64,000 nt of DNA, from assembly GCF_009914755.1 (NCBI RefSeq), contig NC_060928.1; one strand, 5' to 3'. This DNA is from the human T2T-CHM13v2.0 reference genome, Homo sapiens. The notes under the pieces are model-generated. The model worked only from the letters and a program-made list of their open reading frames with translations, had not been told where the DNA came from and made no database searches. This document shows positions 1-12,704 of this stretch, one piece after another. Every line of letters starts with the position of its first letter. The first letter of the stretch is position 1. The position numbers were made by a program, and so were the translations under genes.

Positions 1-20
1 CTGGGAGGAAAAAAGAAACC
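1..20 (-). other. 3' splice acceptor of a minus-strand host-gene intron, ending exactly at window base 1
   Basis: Reverse complement of 1-20 is GGTTTCTTTTTTCCTCCCAG, a long pyrimidine tract ending in CAG flush with the window edge. Further T-rich sequence lies upstream on that strand. Confidence 0.7.
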
Positions 21-925
21 ATCTATAAGAAATAATCTAATAAAAGTGAAGTGTAGAAAAACCCCTCCTGATTTTCAACCGGCACAAATAGAATTAAGCT
101 TCAGCATCCTTTCCCCAAACAGACCTTTTGTCCAGATCACAACTTCAGCCAACCAGCAATGTGTACAGTGCCTACTATTTATTTTAATAGAGGCGGGTGG
201 GTAACAGGATGGATTGATAGATAAATGACCACATGGATAGATGGATGAGTTGGATCCATCTGCCTCTGCCTTCCCTTTCTTAGTATGCGTACACGGTTGA
301 CTTTTTCCCCCTGCCGATTTTCTGAATCAATAATGGAAAAGCAATGCTATGTGATAAAAGGAGGGGAAAAGGCCATTTAAAGCACCAAAAAGGAAGAGAT
401 TACCAGCATATATACTATCAGGAAAAAAAAAATGTTTACATGTTACTCAATACCAACTGAAAAAGGTTGAAAGTTTAAAAGAAACTTTTCTTTCCTTTTC
501 TTCACCATTCATAGGAGGGTTTCTTTTTCTTCCTTTTTTCCTTGAAAGTCAGAAAGAATGTTAGAAGACAAGGAAACAAAACAGCAAACAAAATGCCATT
601 GTATTGTAGTAGCGATTCATGGGAAAATGCTTGTCAGCCTCCTAATGCCTCACTCCTAGGAGGCTGTTTTGAGGCTGTTTTACCGCAGGCGAAGCACAAT
701 AACATGGGAATGAATAAAATATTAAATACCAGTGAGAGTTTCAGAGGAATTTTCTTTTTGATTGCTTTATTTGATGCTGCATCCAAATTATCCCAGCACA
801 GCTAGCCTACTGTCTGGCATACTCAACTCAGAACCAACATTTCTCTCAACCGAGAAAGAATAGACAAGATTTGTCCTTGGGCTTCTCCAAAAAGATTTCT
901 GCAGACAGCAGCCTTTCCCACTCAC

Positions 926-989
926 CTGCGCTAAGAAAATAACCTAGACAGAATTTACTGGGACACCATTTCCCCAGAACAGAAAGCAT
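926..989 (-). other. Candidate alternative exon of the host gene (5' exon with short ORF, or 18-nt micro-exon 926-943)
   Basis: Consensus donor CAG|GTGAGT (plus-strand ACTCAC 920-925). ATG at 989 opens MLSVLGKWCPSKFCLGYFLSA+G (phase 1). An alternative acceptor, TCTAG at 944-945, gives an 18-nt exon. Confidence 0.35.
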
Positions 990-1124
990 ACCAGTCACAG
1001 CAGCCCCACATCTGATGACCCACTACATTTTCCTAGCATTTTAGAATCCACCACACTTTCCATTTGCCTAGCAACCATGATACACGTTTCATAATAGAAA
1101 CTCTTTGAGGTTCTGGTAACTAAC

Positions 1125-1262
1125 CTCCTGGCACTGTGAGACTAACAATTATTAACTGATTGACAATAGCGTATACAAAGCAATTAACACAGTGCTTGGC
1201 ACATGGAAAGAATCCAGTGACTGTTAGCCACCAGTATTATGATGATGGCAATGATGATGATG
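1125..1262 (+). mobile_element. MIR 3' fragment
   Basis: aaagcaattaacacagtgcttggcacatgg...tgttagc matches the MIR tail. Confidence 0.7.
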
Positions 1263-2152
1263 TTGGTAAGTCTCCTTGAATTGTATATTAAACACTTGAC
1301 TTTGAGATTTAGATGGTGCATAGACACAGGATTTTTCCTATTGCATGTTTATAATACATGTGGAAGAGGGTAGGCTAAATCAAAAAGCAGGCTCTAGGAT
1401 ATCAAATGGGAGAAAAGAAAGCAACCAGGTGGAAAATTTTATTTTTTAGGAATTTACTGGAAGGTGTATTTGTATTAGATAGGTTAATTATGTTTTGTCT
1501 TATAATATTATATATGGTATTTATGCATAATTAATATGGTGCTTTATCTTGTATGTAAATGTCAGTATGTTCAGGGTGATCTCACTTTGAAAGGCATTTG
1601 CAGTGGGCTAGCTGTGTGGGTTTGGGTTGAACTTTTATGGCTAACTCATAGATGATGTTTCTGTATCTGGGTTAACTTTGAAGGTACCCCATGTGTATGT
1701 GTTATATAGGTGATGGTGTACAGATCTCCAAAATCCATTCTTTTAAGAACTTTTAAGGACATTTCAAAGCCCCACTCCACTCCTCCCCTCCCCTTCTCTT
1801 CACTCCCACAATGCTATAATTAGCAGAAGGGGCTGCCTGTTACCTTTTTGCTGGAGTTTGGCTAATAGTAGTAACATCTGCTGGGCTGGTGGGGGGAGAC
1901 ATGGGGCATTTGATGTAAAAGTGACACAGATGTAAAAGTGACATCTGCTTGTAACAAAGGGGAACCAAAATTAAATTAGCCAGGAAGCCCTTTCTGTTTA
2001 AACCCAGGGGAAAAAAAAAAAAACCTATTTGAAGAAGGAGGAAAAAAAGTAATCATGAGCCCTGACCAAGCTTGCAGGGTGCAGAGGGGATTATGATTTT
2101 TTTGAGCCAGCAGCTCCCAAAATAACTGGAGGAGCAGCATCCTAAGGTAGCA

Positions 2153-2342
2153 ATGTCCTAAGACCTTGAAGGCATCTTCTTATGCTCCAAAGAAAATGGT
2201 CAGACAAGATTATCTTTCTTAGCCAAGCAATGACCTGAGCTGTGTGAGTCTCGTATGGGCTGAGAAATCATTTTCAGGTTGAAGACAAGAAGAAAGTAAG
2301 GGCAAAGCCTTCAGAGTTAATAATATCTCGGTATATTTTTGG
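2153..2342 (+). pseudogene. Possible first coding relic exon
   Basis: gcaATG at 2153 (MS*DLEGIFLCSKENGQTRLSF) and donor TGG|GTAAGT at 2342/2343. A frameshift is needed. Confidence 0.3.
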
Positions 2343-2590
2343 GTAAGTTTGTGCAGAAACAGATTTTCATTTAACAGCTATATTCAAACTCCTACTTCCA
2401 ACTACTATAGATGAACCATTTTTCATCAGGCTCATGCATGTGCTTAGGAGATTGCATTTGGCAATTAAAACTGCCATGGTGCCTAAAATTGGGCTCAATT
2501 GTGGCACGGGGTGGGGGTGGGGTGGAGGTGAGATATGCTAACATCCTCCTAACCATTGTTCTAGGAAATCACAAGTGTTACAAAGGAGCA

Positions 2591-2613
2591 TCTCTCTCTC
2601 TCTCTCTCTCTCT
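2591..2613. repeat. (TC)n microsatellite
   Basis: Direct reading. Confidence 0.95.
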
Positions 2614-2699
2614 CATAATGATTTCCTAAATTTCTCTTAAGTGGAACACATTTTGACAGCTTTATATAAATGAATTTCAAAATGATAAGAGAAGCCACT

Positions 2700-3260
2700 G
2701 AACAAGAATTCCCTCAACCTCCTGTGTTTCAATCTAGAAATCGATCAACTTCTGCACTCACTCTTTCTCCATTGCTTCTGCTACTTGGAGGAGGGAAGCC
2801 TAGTCTCATCTGAGGCCAATCCCTCTATCATACTTTGGAGTTTGATCCCTTCCGCTAGCTCAAGGATCCTACCCAATTCTTCCTCTCTCATGGATCTTCA
2901 AACTCTCATCTGCCCATCTGGACATATCCTGTTGTTCTCTAAACATGCTCAAACCACACTCATACAAATTACCAACCAACTTGTTATCCTTCCTTGGCCA
3001 CAACCCACCACCACCACTTACCTCTCATCTGCCCTTTACAGTCAAACATCTTGAAGGAGCTATCTCTTCTCACTATTATTATTTCTTTACTTCTCGATCA
3101 CTCCATAGCTTCCTGTAATATGGCTTCCACTACCCTCATGCAAATTAAATATTTTTCAGTAAGGTTATCAGATCCACTGGGGGTTTTCCGGGCCTCCACT
3201 TACTTGAATATGTAAATCACTAGGGTTGTTTTACAAACATTTCTCTTTCTTTTCACTTCT
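2700..3260 (+). mobile_element. L2 ORF2 fragment
   Basis: ccctttacagtcaaacatcttgaaggagc...tggcttccac...aaggttatca resembles the L2 RT-region consensus. Confidence 0.7.
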
Positions 3261-3269
3261 AGGCATATA

Positions 3270-3515
3270 GTGTGATTTCACTTCCCTGCCCCCTAGAAGT
3301 TAGATATGGCCATGTGACTTACTTTGAGCAATGAAAATTGAATGGAACTGTTAAAGTGTGACTTCCAGGTGGAAGCTTTGAGAGCTAGCATCCAAGTCTC
3401 CAATCTCCCTCTTTTGCTCTCTTCTATGCTCCAGATGGTGGCTGCTTGGTTAGCCTGAGTTCCAGAGTGAGGACATCATGAAGTAAAGATCTCAGCTGAC
3501 CCACAATGGACATAT
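3270..3515 (+). mobile_element. MaLR LTR fragment (MLT1I/J-like)
   Basis: cacttccctgccccctagaagttagatatggccatgtgactt...ccagatggtggctgc...gacccacaatggacat. Confidence 0.75.
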
Positions 3516-3524
3516 ATTTCCTTA

Positions 3525-4225
3525 GAGTCTCAGGGAAGGCTTCTGGAAGAGGTGACATCTATACTGGGTACTAAGCAGTGAGTGGCAGTGAGCAAATGGT
3601 GATGAAGTGGAAAAGATGTTTCCCAGTATGTTAGCGGCAGTCAAAGACTCCAAAACTAGAGAGAGCACAGAGTGTTTGAGAATTTCTAAGTAGTTCAGTT
3701 TAGCTTTTGGTTAGAGCAGAACTGATAGGGGCTGGAACACACCAAGAGGTGTGTGATGAAATACAAGATAAGAGCAATAGATCTGGAATCAGACCCTACA
3801 GGATTATGGATGCAAGGTCATGTGATTTGGGGAGGAGGGCATGATGGAAAAGGGAAGCCAAGAGATAAATTAGAAGGCTGTGGCACAATGCTAGTTAAGG
3901 AATAATATATTTTTCAGCCAGAGAATAGCAGTATAGGACAAAGAGAAGTAAAGGGATGCAAGAGATGTTAGAGAAGTAGAGTCTTAGCACAGGGAGAACC
4001 TACAGTCCTGCACAGTGCTGGGATTTCAGGGGACCCAGGAAGATACCTCAAAGCAAAAACCCTCTCTCACATTTTCTGGCAAGACCTTCACTTCAGTAAC
4101 TTGGGTTTAGTGATCCTCAATAACATATTTCTCTGGGTTTGGCAGCACTTGATGATATTATCCATTCATTCATTCACTCATTCAACCCATATTTATTAAT
4201 TACCTACTATGTGCTAGAAATCTGT
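3525..4225 (-). mobile_element. L2 3'-region fragments
   Basis: cagggaaggcttctggaagaggtgacat, plus the L2 tail cattcattcattcactcattcaac..atttattaattacctactatgtgc at 4160-4220. Confidence 0.7.
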
Positions 4226-4723
4226 ACTTTAGAGTAGAAGTGGTTTAGATATTGTCTTGAAAGCTAATTTTTGAGATGAAGCAAACCCAAGAACTGCAGG
4301 CATCTTAGAGGAAGGGGAGCCGCTGGTCTTGAAAGTGGGGACACCCACAAGAAAGTTTGGGTGCTGACCTTGCAGGGTCTAGAACTAACACTGGATGGAC
4401 TGGCCATTGGACCTGTCACTGCTTAAGCTGGGGAAAGACCCTAATTGCTTCAGGGATCAGAATAAGAATTTTGTGAAATTCTTTTCAGTCCTAACATTCT
4501 GTTCATTGATTTGGTGGAGAGGGGGTTGTCTGGGAACCTTCTCTACATGTATTCTTAGTGAAAGAAAGGACATAAGGGACAGTGTGTACAGTGGGAAATC
4601 AAAGTAGTATTTTGAGATTCATAAAGAGGGCTCCATGAAGAACAGGAGAGAGAAGAATGATTGTCTTCTGTTCCTCCATCCTTTGCATGATGGTCTTAGG
4701 ATTTTGTGTGTTATCTCCACCAG

Positions 4724-5003
4724 GTGTATTTTCAAGTGAAGATACCGAGAGCCCAGTATCACAGAGGAAGAAAGTACTGGTGGTGACACAGCAGGTATTT
4801 TAGAAGTGGGGGCAGCTATTTTAGACAGCTCTTTCCTATGTTGTTCCTGTCACACCATGAAGATGCCGATTTCGTCCACCCACAAGAAAGCTGCCTTGGT
4901 CCTGGTACTCAAGGGCTCTATGTTGCCTCCATCATATCCAGAATTAACTCCAATAACATGTTCTTGCATTCTTCGTCAGCACAGCAAGGGAGCTAACTGA
5001 AAG
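4724..5003 (+). pseudogene. Relic exon
   Basis: Acceptor ttatctccaccAG|. Frame 4740-4997 is open for 86 codons (RYREPSITEEESTGGDTAGILEVGAAILDSSF...). Ends AAG|GCATGT (GT>GC); an alternative donor CAG|GTATTT lies at 4794. Confidence 0.45.
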
Positions 5004-5395
5004 GCATGTCGGGAACACTGGAATCATTCAATGTCTTAAACTACTCAGCCTTGAAATACATATAAAAATGAGTTAGAATTCAAAAACTTTAAAAATATTT
5101 CTTTTTCTGGGCTTTCGAAAGACCCTACTGGTGCTGCTGTTTGTTTGTCTCATTTTGTTTTCTTTAGGAGGTTTGTGGGGTTTGCCAGTAAGGTGCTGCA
5201 GCATCATGCATTTTAATGTGTATTTCAGCTGATTCAGAATTTAGGACAAATGCAATCCAGTACTCAGGGACAGGCACCACATGTCCTAGACCTTAGGAGC
5301 CAGAAGACAATAAAATGCTCACAGTGATGCATGTTTGTAGTATTTCCCCTGTTAGATATAATGCATAATATTTATTTTCTTTTAAAACACACACT

Positions 5396-5510
5396 TCTTT
5401 TCTTCTCTCTCTCTCTCTTTTTCTCTCTCCCTCTCTCTCTCCCTCTCCCTCTCCGTCTCCCTCTCCCTCTCCCTCTCCCTCTGTCTCCCCTTTCTGTTTC
5501 TCTCTCTGAT
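5396..5510. repeat. Polypyrimidine (CT)n/(CTCTCC)n tract
   Basis: About 115 nt that is almost purely C/T. Confidence 0.95.
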
Positions 5511-6189
5511 TTGTTTACTCTGGTAAGTTAAACCGCAGTCTAGAGAACTCTAAGGCTAAGGGTTCTAATCACACACACTGCCAACTCCCTTGCTTATTCA
5601 TAAATCTTTATCATTGAAATTGGGCTTGAGGAAGAGAAGGAGGAAAAGAGATTTCTAAGAAGAGCCAGGGAGGCTGCTAGGAAGGAAGTAGTACATAATA
5701 ATGAACAAAACAGCACAGTGAGTCACACAAGAGACTGCAGAGCAGAGGCCAACGGCTTTAACCCAAACCCCAGGGAAACCTCTTGAATGAACAGTGTTAA
5801 CTGCTGAGAGGTGAGCCACCAAGCTCTAAAACAACCCCAGGGTGGGGCCAGACTGTGCCCTTGCAGAGACAGAGCTGAGGACAGATTGGACTTCTTGGCC
5901 TTGCCTTGGCCAGGCCCACATTCTTGGGGCAAATTCCTTTTTTAGCAGCTATTGGGCAGGTAGGAGCCTTCCTCCTACCTGCTGAAAACCCCCTAAGAGT
6001 CACTGCTGCTGCCCCCTGGTCTCTGCACATAGAGATGGGGCAGCAAAGCCCCTCCAAGGGGAGGTCAGTGGTTGCTGATGAGAGGCGGTCAGGCCAGAAC
6101 AGGCTGCACCCGACAAAGGGAGAAAACTGTGATGTGGTCCAGGTTGGCCCTGTGTACCCTCTTCCTATTTCATTGATTACTTCCTTGTT

Positions 6190-6885
6190 TTTACTTTAAA
6201 ATAATAAATATCCATTATGGAAATTATTATAGCATGTGTGCGGAAAGGAGAATAAAATAAAAGGAGTTAATTTAACTTTCTCATATAATTTTTCGGTCTT
6301 TTTTTTCATGCATACATTTTTTTAAAAAAATGAGAAACATTCTCTATCAACTGTTTTGTTCATGTTTCTCACTTTTAGAAAAATTTTAATTTTTTTAAAT
6401 TTAAAAACATCAACCTTTCTCCCTTAAATTTTATGTTATAAACATCTCCCCATATCATAAAATATCCTGACATGTCATCTTTTTGGCTAGATGATATTCC
6501 ACTGCAAGATAAACCATAGTTTATTTAGGCAACCCTGGTTTGTTTGCTTTTTTTTTTTTTTGGTATTTAAGTTGCTTCTAATTTTTAAAATATATTTAAA
6601 ATTTTGTCTTGGACATTCTTTTAGCTAAATCTCTGTGCGCATCCATATGCTTAGGATCAATTTTTTTTTTTTACTTGTTAGTGATTTGAAGCTCAAGGAT
6701 TAACTCCTAAAAATGGAATTCCTTGGTCACAAAGTACACACTTTTAAAAAGGCTTTGGAGTTGTAAAATTGCCTTCCAGGAAAGTGATACCAGTTTATAC
6801 TTCTAGAGTAGAATATGACACTGTCCACATTCCAGTACTCACCAACATTGCATAATTCCATCAAAAAAGCTTAGCCCATTCTCTT
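6190..6885 (-). mobile_element. Old L1 (L1ME-like) 3' fragment
   Basis: tattccactg..ccatagtttattta..gttgcttctaattttt..ctcctaaaaatggaatt..aaattgccttccaggaaagtgataccagtttatac. Confidence 0.75.
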
Positions 6886-7049
6886 TCTACTGTGCTATTG
6901 TAAAAGAGCAAGAATTCTGAACAAAGGGGAGAGGGTGCCAAAAGAAACTAGTGATGCTAAGACAAAGAGGGAAAGAAGGAACAGGTAATTTTTAAGAATA
7001 ACAGAGATCTAGAAAAATAGAGGAAAAATGCCCAGTCCAGCTTTATTTA

Positions 7050-7373
<324 letters not shown>

Positions 7374-7494
7374 TAAAAATCTAATGATGACAAAGGATCC
7401 TTTTGTGTATGTTTAGAGCCAGATGATAAAAGGTATTGTAGTTTTTCAATGTTGATAAATGACAAAGAAAATTGAATAAAACTCTTATTTAAAA

Positions 7495-7903
<409 letters not shown>

Positions 7904-8638
7904 TGACTGGGAAGGGTCCAACTACTCTAAAGAGTTCTGCAAGAACCCTGTCCTGGAGGACCAAGAGAACTGGTCATTGTGATGGCCACACGACTGTGAT
8001 TTTTGTGGTATCATGGAGAATCAGGCAGGAATGAAAAAACTGCTCTTCTGGCAAATGCTTAAATTTTCAGAAAGGGAAAGTGTGTCCTGAAACAGGTCTG
8101 TAAGCTCAATAACAATTTTAGGTAAAATTTTACATTGGATTAAAAGATAATTATGGGAAATTTTACATGTTCAAAGAAGAGAGAACAATATAAGGAAGCA
8201 TGAACCTCTTACTCATATAGAACAATAATTGATTCATAACTGTTCTTGTTCCACCCCTCGTCCCAACCTCCACTGCCTCCCTATTAGGTAGTTTTGAGGC
8301 AAATCTAAGATATCATATCATTTCCTCTGAAATTATATTTAATATTTCAGTATTATCCCTAAAAGATAAGGGATCTTTTCTTAAAATACACAATCCCAGT
8401 ACTATTATGATACCAACAGGATTAATAATAATTTCTTAAGATCCTCAAATATCTGATGTTCAGATTCCCCTGATAATCTCACAAACATTCGTTTTAGTTG
8501 GTTTACTTGAATCAGAATCCAAGCCTGGTCCAAGCTTGCATTTGATTTTTGTGGCTCTTAAGTCTTTTTTGATCTATAGGTTCCTCTCCCGACCCCCTTT
8601 TTTTTCCTCCTTGCAATTTATCTAGAAGAAGCAGGTCA

Positions 8639-8933
<295 letters not shown>

Positions 8934-9030
8934 GAAGGAAGGAAGAAAGAAAGGAAGGAAGGGAGAGAAGGAGGGAGAAAGGAAGGAAGGAAGGAAGGAA
9001 GGAAAGGAGAGAGAGAAAGGAAGGAAGGAA
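8934..9030. repeat. (GGAA)n-rich polypurine tract grown from the Alu tail
   Basis: Pure purine for about 100 nt, with six consecutive GGAA at 8981-9004. Confidence 0.95.
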
Positions 9031-9981
9031 GCAGGTCATATGCACTTAGGATTTCCCGCAGTCGCCTCCCCATGGAGTTGTTTCACTCTAAATCCTATTA
9101 TTGCTGTAAACTGCTAGTTGAATCTAGAGTCTTGATAGCGCCACGTGCAAGTTTTTAGTAAGGATACCACGTAGGTGGTGCTGTGTACTTCCTCCTGCAC
9201 CATACCAGGAGGCTAGTTGTCTCTCCTTTTAGGATGTAAGGTCTGATCTGTGGGGTTTAGGTGTTGTCAGCTGGAACCATCCATTGTAAAGTTCCTCATC
9301 AGCTTTTTACCTAAGGATTTTAGGAGCCATGGATCATCATGGCTTAGACTACATTACTTCATTCATTTAGTAGGTGTAAAATGGTGATATTCTAATTATA
9401 TCACTCTTTGTTAATTTATTAGTTAGAATGCTTCTATAAAGAAAATAGTTCCTTTTTCAACTATTGGATCCCTAATGTATGGTTAGTATGGTAAGATATG
9501 AAAAGGCAGGATAAATGTTGAATTCTTACCTTTTATTTACCATTATTATGAACTCATGCGTTTAGACATATTTTATGTATTTTCTTTCATTGCAGTAATT
9601 ATTCTAATTATTAATCATATTATCCAAGCTTTGACAATGGAAACCTCTTCAGTTTGACTTCTCAGTTTTTGACAACCCTTAATCGTCTTCGATAGTTTCT
9701 TTATCTTTGATAGCTTCCTTGCTTTTGATAGCTTCCTCACTGACTGGCACGCCAAGATGTTCTAGGCTCATCTTTTACACTTTATGCCTAGACCTGGCAT
9801 CAGCCATTTTGCCAAGAAGCCCTGGTTCCTTTTCTTGGGAACTGGTACTTAGGGAGCACATTGTGCTTGCTAGATTGGACTTGGGAATGAGTGATTTATG
9901 AGTATTTTCGAAAGGAAGAGACTGTTAGTAGGCACCAGGATCTAGTTGAATTGAAGTCATCAAACATCTATTAAATAATAC

Positions 9982-10245
9982 ATGGCTCATTCTTAGTGAG
10001 GGAGAGGAGAATAAGCATAAACAAACAGCTGGGACATGATGCTATGTATAAAGAGCTTTGGAAAAATGAACCAGGCATGAAATAATTATGTCTGGAGTCA
10101 AGCACTAAAGCTTCACTGAGGAGGTGACATCTGAGCAACAGAAATAGTCGAGTAGACAGGTGGAATGGAAAAAGATTCTGGGCAGAGAAAAGAACATGAG
10201 CAAAGTCTCAGAATCATCAAAGTGCATGGTGTGTTTGAAGAAGAG
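9982..10245 (-). mobile_element. L2 fragment
   Basis: agcttcactgaggaggtgacatctgagc..attctgggcagagaaaagaacatgagcaaag..agtgcatggtgtgtttgaagaa. Confidence 0.75.
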
Positions 10246-10823
10246 TCAGATTTGCTTCATTTCCTTTGACAGCGTTAGTGAATTTCGAGAGCAGCTGAAT
10301 GCAGGAGACATAATGCATCTGGACTTTAGCAAAGCATTTGTCCAGGCCTATCATGATATCATTGTGGACAAGATGGAGAAATATGGACTAAACAATAGTA
10401 CCATTAGATGAATTAACAACAGTTAGGTGAATAAATGAACCCAAAGAATGCTGATTAGTAAATTGATGTTAGCATAGAAGATGGTCTCTAGTGGAGTGGC
10501 ACAGGGTTCCGTCTAGTACAACATCTTAATCAATGATTTAGATTAAAATATAGAACAAATACTTAACGAATCTGCAGATTATATGAAACTAAGTGGGACA
10601 ATGAATAGTTTTAGTGACAAAGTCTGGATTCAAAAAGATATTGGCAAGTTGGGCCTCTTGAGAAAATTTCTAGGGATTAATATAAATTTCCATAGCTGAG
10701 TAAAAAACTAAGCAAACAAACAAGCACTCACAGACACACACAAAAATACTAGAAGCATAGTTGGTAAAGCATACATGAAAAGGAGTTTCGATCTGTATAA
10801 TTCTCTATGCATGTTAGAACCAT

Positions 10824-11460
10824 GAACACTTTTACACTGTTGGTGGGAGTGTAAATTAGTTCAAGCATTGTGGAAAGCAGTGTGATGATTCCTCAAAGAC
10901 CTGGAATCAGAACTACCATTCAACCCAGCAATCCCGTTACATGGTATATACCCAAAGGAATATAAATTATGCTATCATAAAGACACATGCACACATATGT
11001 TCATTGCAGCACCTTTCACAATAGCAAAGACATGGAATCAACCTAAATGCCCATCGATTGTAGACTGGATAAAGAAAATGTGGTACATATACACTATGGA
11101 ATACTATTCAGCTATAAAGAAGGATGAGATCATGTCCTTTGCAGGAACATGGATTCCTCAAAGCCATTATCCTTGCCAAAATAACGCAGGAATAGAAAAC
11201 CAAATACTGCATGTTCTCACTTATAAGTGAGAGCTAAATAATGAGAACTTATGGACACATAAAGGAGAACAACAGACAGTGCGACCTACTGGAGAGTGAA
11301 GAGTGAGAGGAGGGAGAGGATCAGGAAAAATAACTACTGAGTATTACCCTTAATACCTGGGTAACAAAATAATCTGTACAACAAACCCTCATGACATGGG
11401 TTACCTATATAACAAACCTGCACATATACCCCTGAACTTAAAATAAAAGTTAAAGAAAAA
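10824..11460 (+). mobile_element. L1PA (old, PA13-16-like) 3' end
   Basis: ORF2 C-terminus MFIAAPFTIAKTWNQPKCPSIVDWIKKMWYIYTMEYYSAIKKDEIMSFAGTW, followed by the 3' UTR and an A-rich tail. Confidence 0.95.
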
Positions 11461-12094
11461 GAAGTGCATAGAACATGATGGGGATGTTGATCAACAGTGG
11501 ACTGCTCTGATCCCTCTTGAAGAATACTTTGAAACAGCAGTTGACAAACTAGGGTAGTTTAGAGGAGAGTGGTCTGAGAGGTAGGGAAATTTTAAAAGCT
11601 ACATTAAAGAGTCAAACAGGGACTATAAAGCTGCAATAGCTATCGAGCTGCCATGTAAAAAGGAAGTCAAAGCCTTTTGCAATATCACCCTAAGGCAATA
11701 TAAAGGTACAACTAGGAAATCATTGGGTAGAAGCCAGCCAGCCAGCAGGAATCAGATTTCTGCTCTATAGAACTTTCTAATAGTCAGAGCCTCCTGGAGG
11801 TGGGGCAGGCCGCTCCACAGATCAAACCTGCCATCATCAAGACAGAGATGACTAGTAGGGAGGTTGAGGAAAAGAGCCAAGCACATTAAGCAAGAATTAA
11901 GTTCTTTTCTGTATCAGAGAGTCCATGGTCCTGTCCTGCTCTTAGCAGCCTCTTTTTCAGGCTTGCAAATGCTCATGCTACTCACTTGGGTCTTAGGGCC
12001 CACCCCGAAAAGCTCCTCATTCACACAATGCCCCATGCTTTAGTTCTTTCTTTTCATCCTCCTCTTATGCACCACTGTCGAAGTTGTCATATGC

Positions 12095-12700
12095 ACTAAG
12101 AATCAGGAGAGCTGGATTTTAATTTCAGTTCTTCTGATGCTAATTCTAGCACCCTCAGGAGTGGTAGATTTAAGATGGCCACAAATTTTTTGATGTTTCC
12201 CCCACTGACAGATGGAATCTAACTTCTCTTCCCTAGAATTTGGCCTGGTCTCTGTGACTTGCTTGACCAATAGAATGTGGTGGAAACCTTGTGGCTTCCA
12301 AAGCTAGATCATAGGAAGCCTTGCTGTTTTCACTGCAGTTTTTTGGAATGCTCACTCTTTCAGGAAGCCCCAATATCCACTAGGGCAGAGAGAGAGAGAG
12401 AGAGAGATGCCTGGCAAGCCCCAGTTGTTCCAGCTGTCAGATGTTTGAAACATCCCAGCTGAAGCTACAGATATAATGTGAAGCAGAGATGTCACCCCCT
12501 TCAAGCTCAGTCCAAATTTCAGTTTTGAGAGCAAAATAAATATTTTCAGCCACTAAGTTTTGGGGTGGTTTATAGCACAGAAGTAGGTAACCAGCACATC
12601 AGGTAAGTCACCCTCTCTTTTTGGGGATCAATTTTCAACCTATAAATGAGGGGAAAGGACCTAACACTTTCTAAGGTCCCACCCACTCCGACATTCTATA
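12095..12700 (+). mobile_element. MIR split by an MLT1 LTR
   Basis: aatcaggagagctggattttaatttcagtt... resumes after the LTR as taagtcaccctctc..tataaatgag..ctaaggtccc. Confidence 0.65.
12160..12598 (+). mobile_element. MLT1G/H-like solo LTR
   Basis: gtggtagatttaagatggccacaaa...agccactaagttttggggtggtt..taggtaaccagcaca. 5-bp TSD TCAGG at 12155-12159 and 12599-12603. Confidence 0.9.
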
Positions 12701-12704
12701 CAAC

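Noticed and set aside
10160-11230. ORFs with RT-like (LDFSKAF) and L1 ORF2 C-terminal motifs
   Set aside because: They are fragments of dead L3/CR1 and L1PA elements, with no intact reverse transcriptase.
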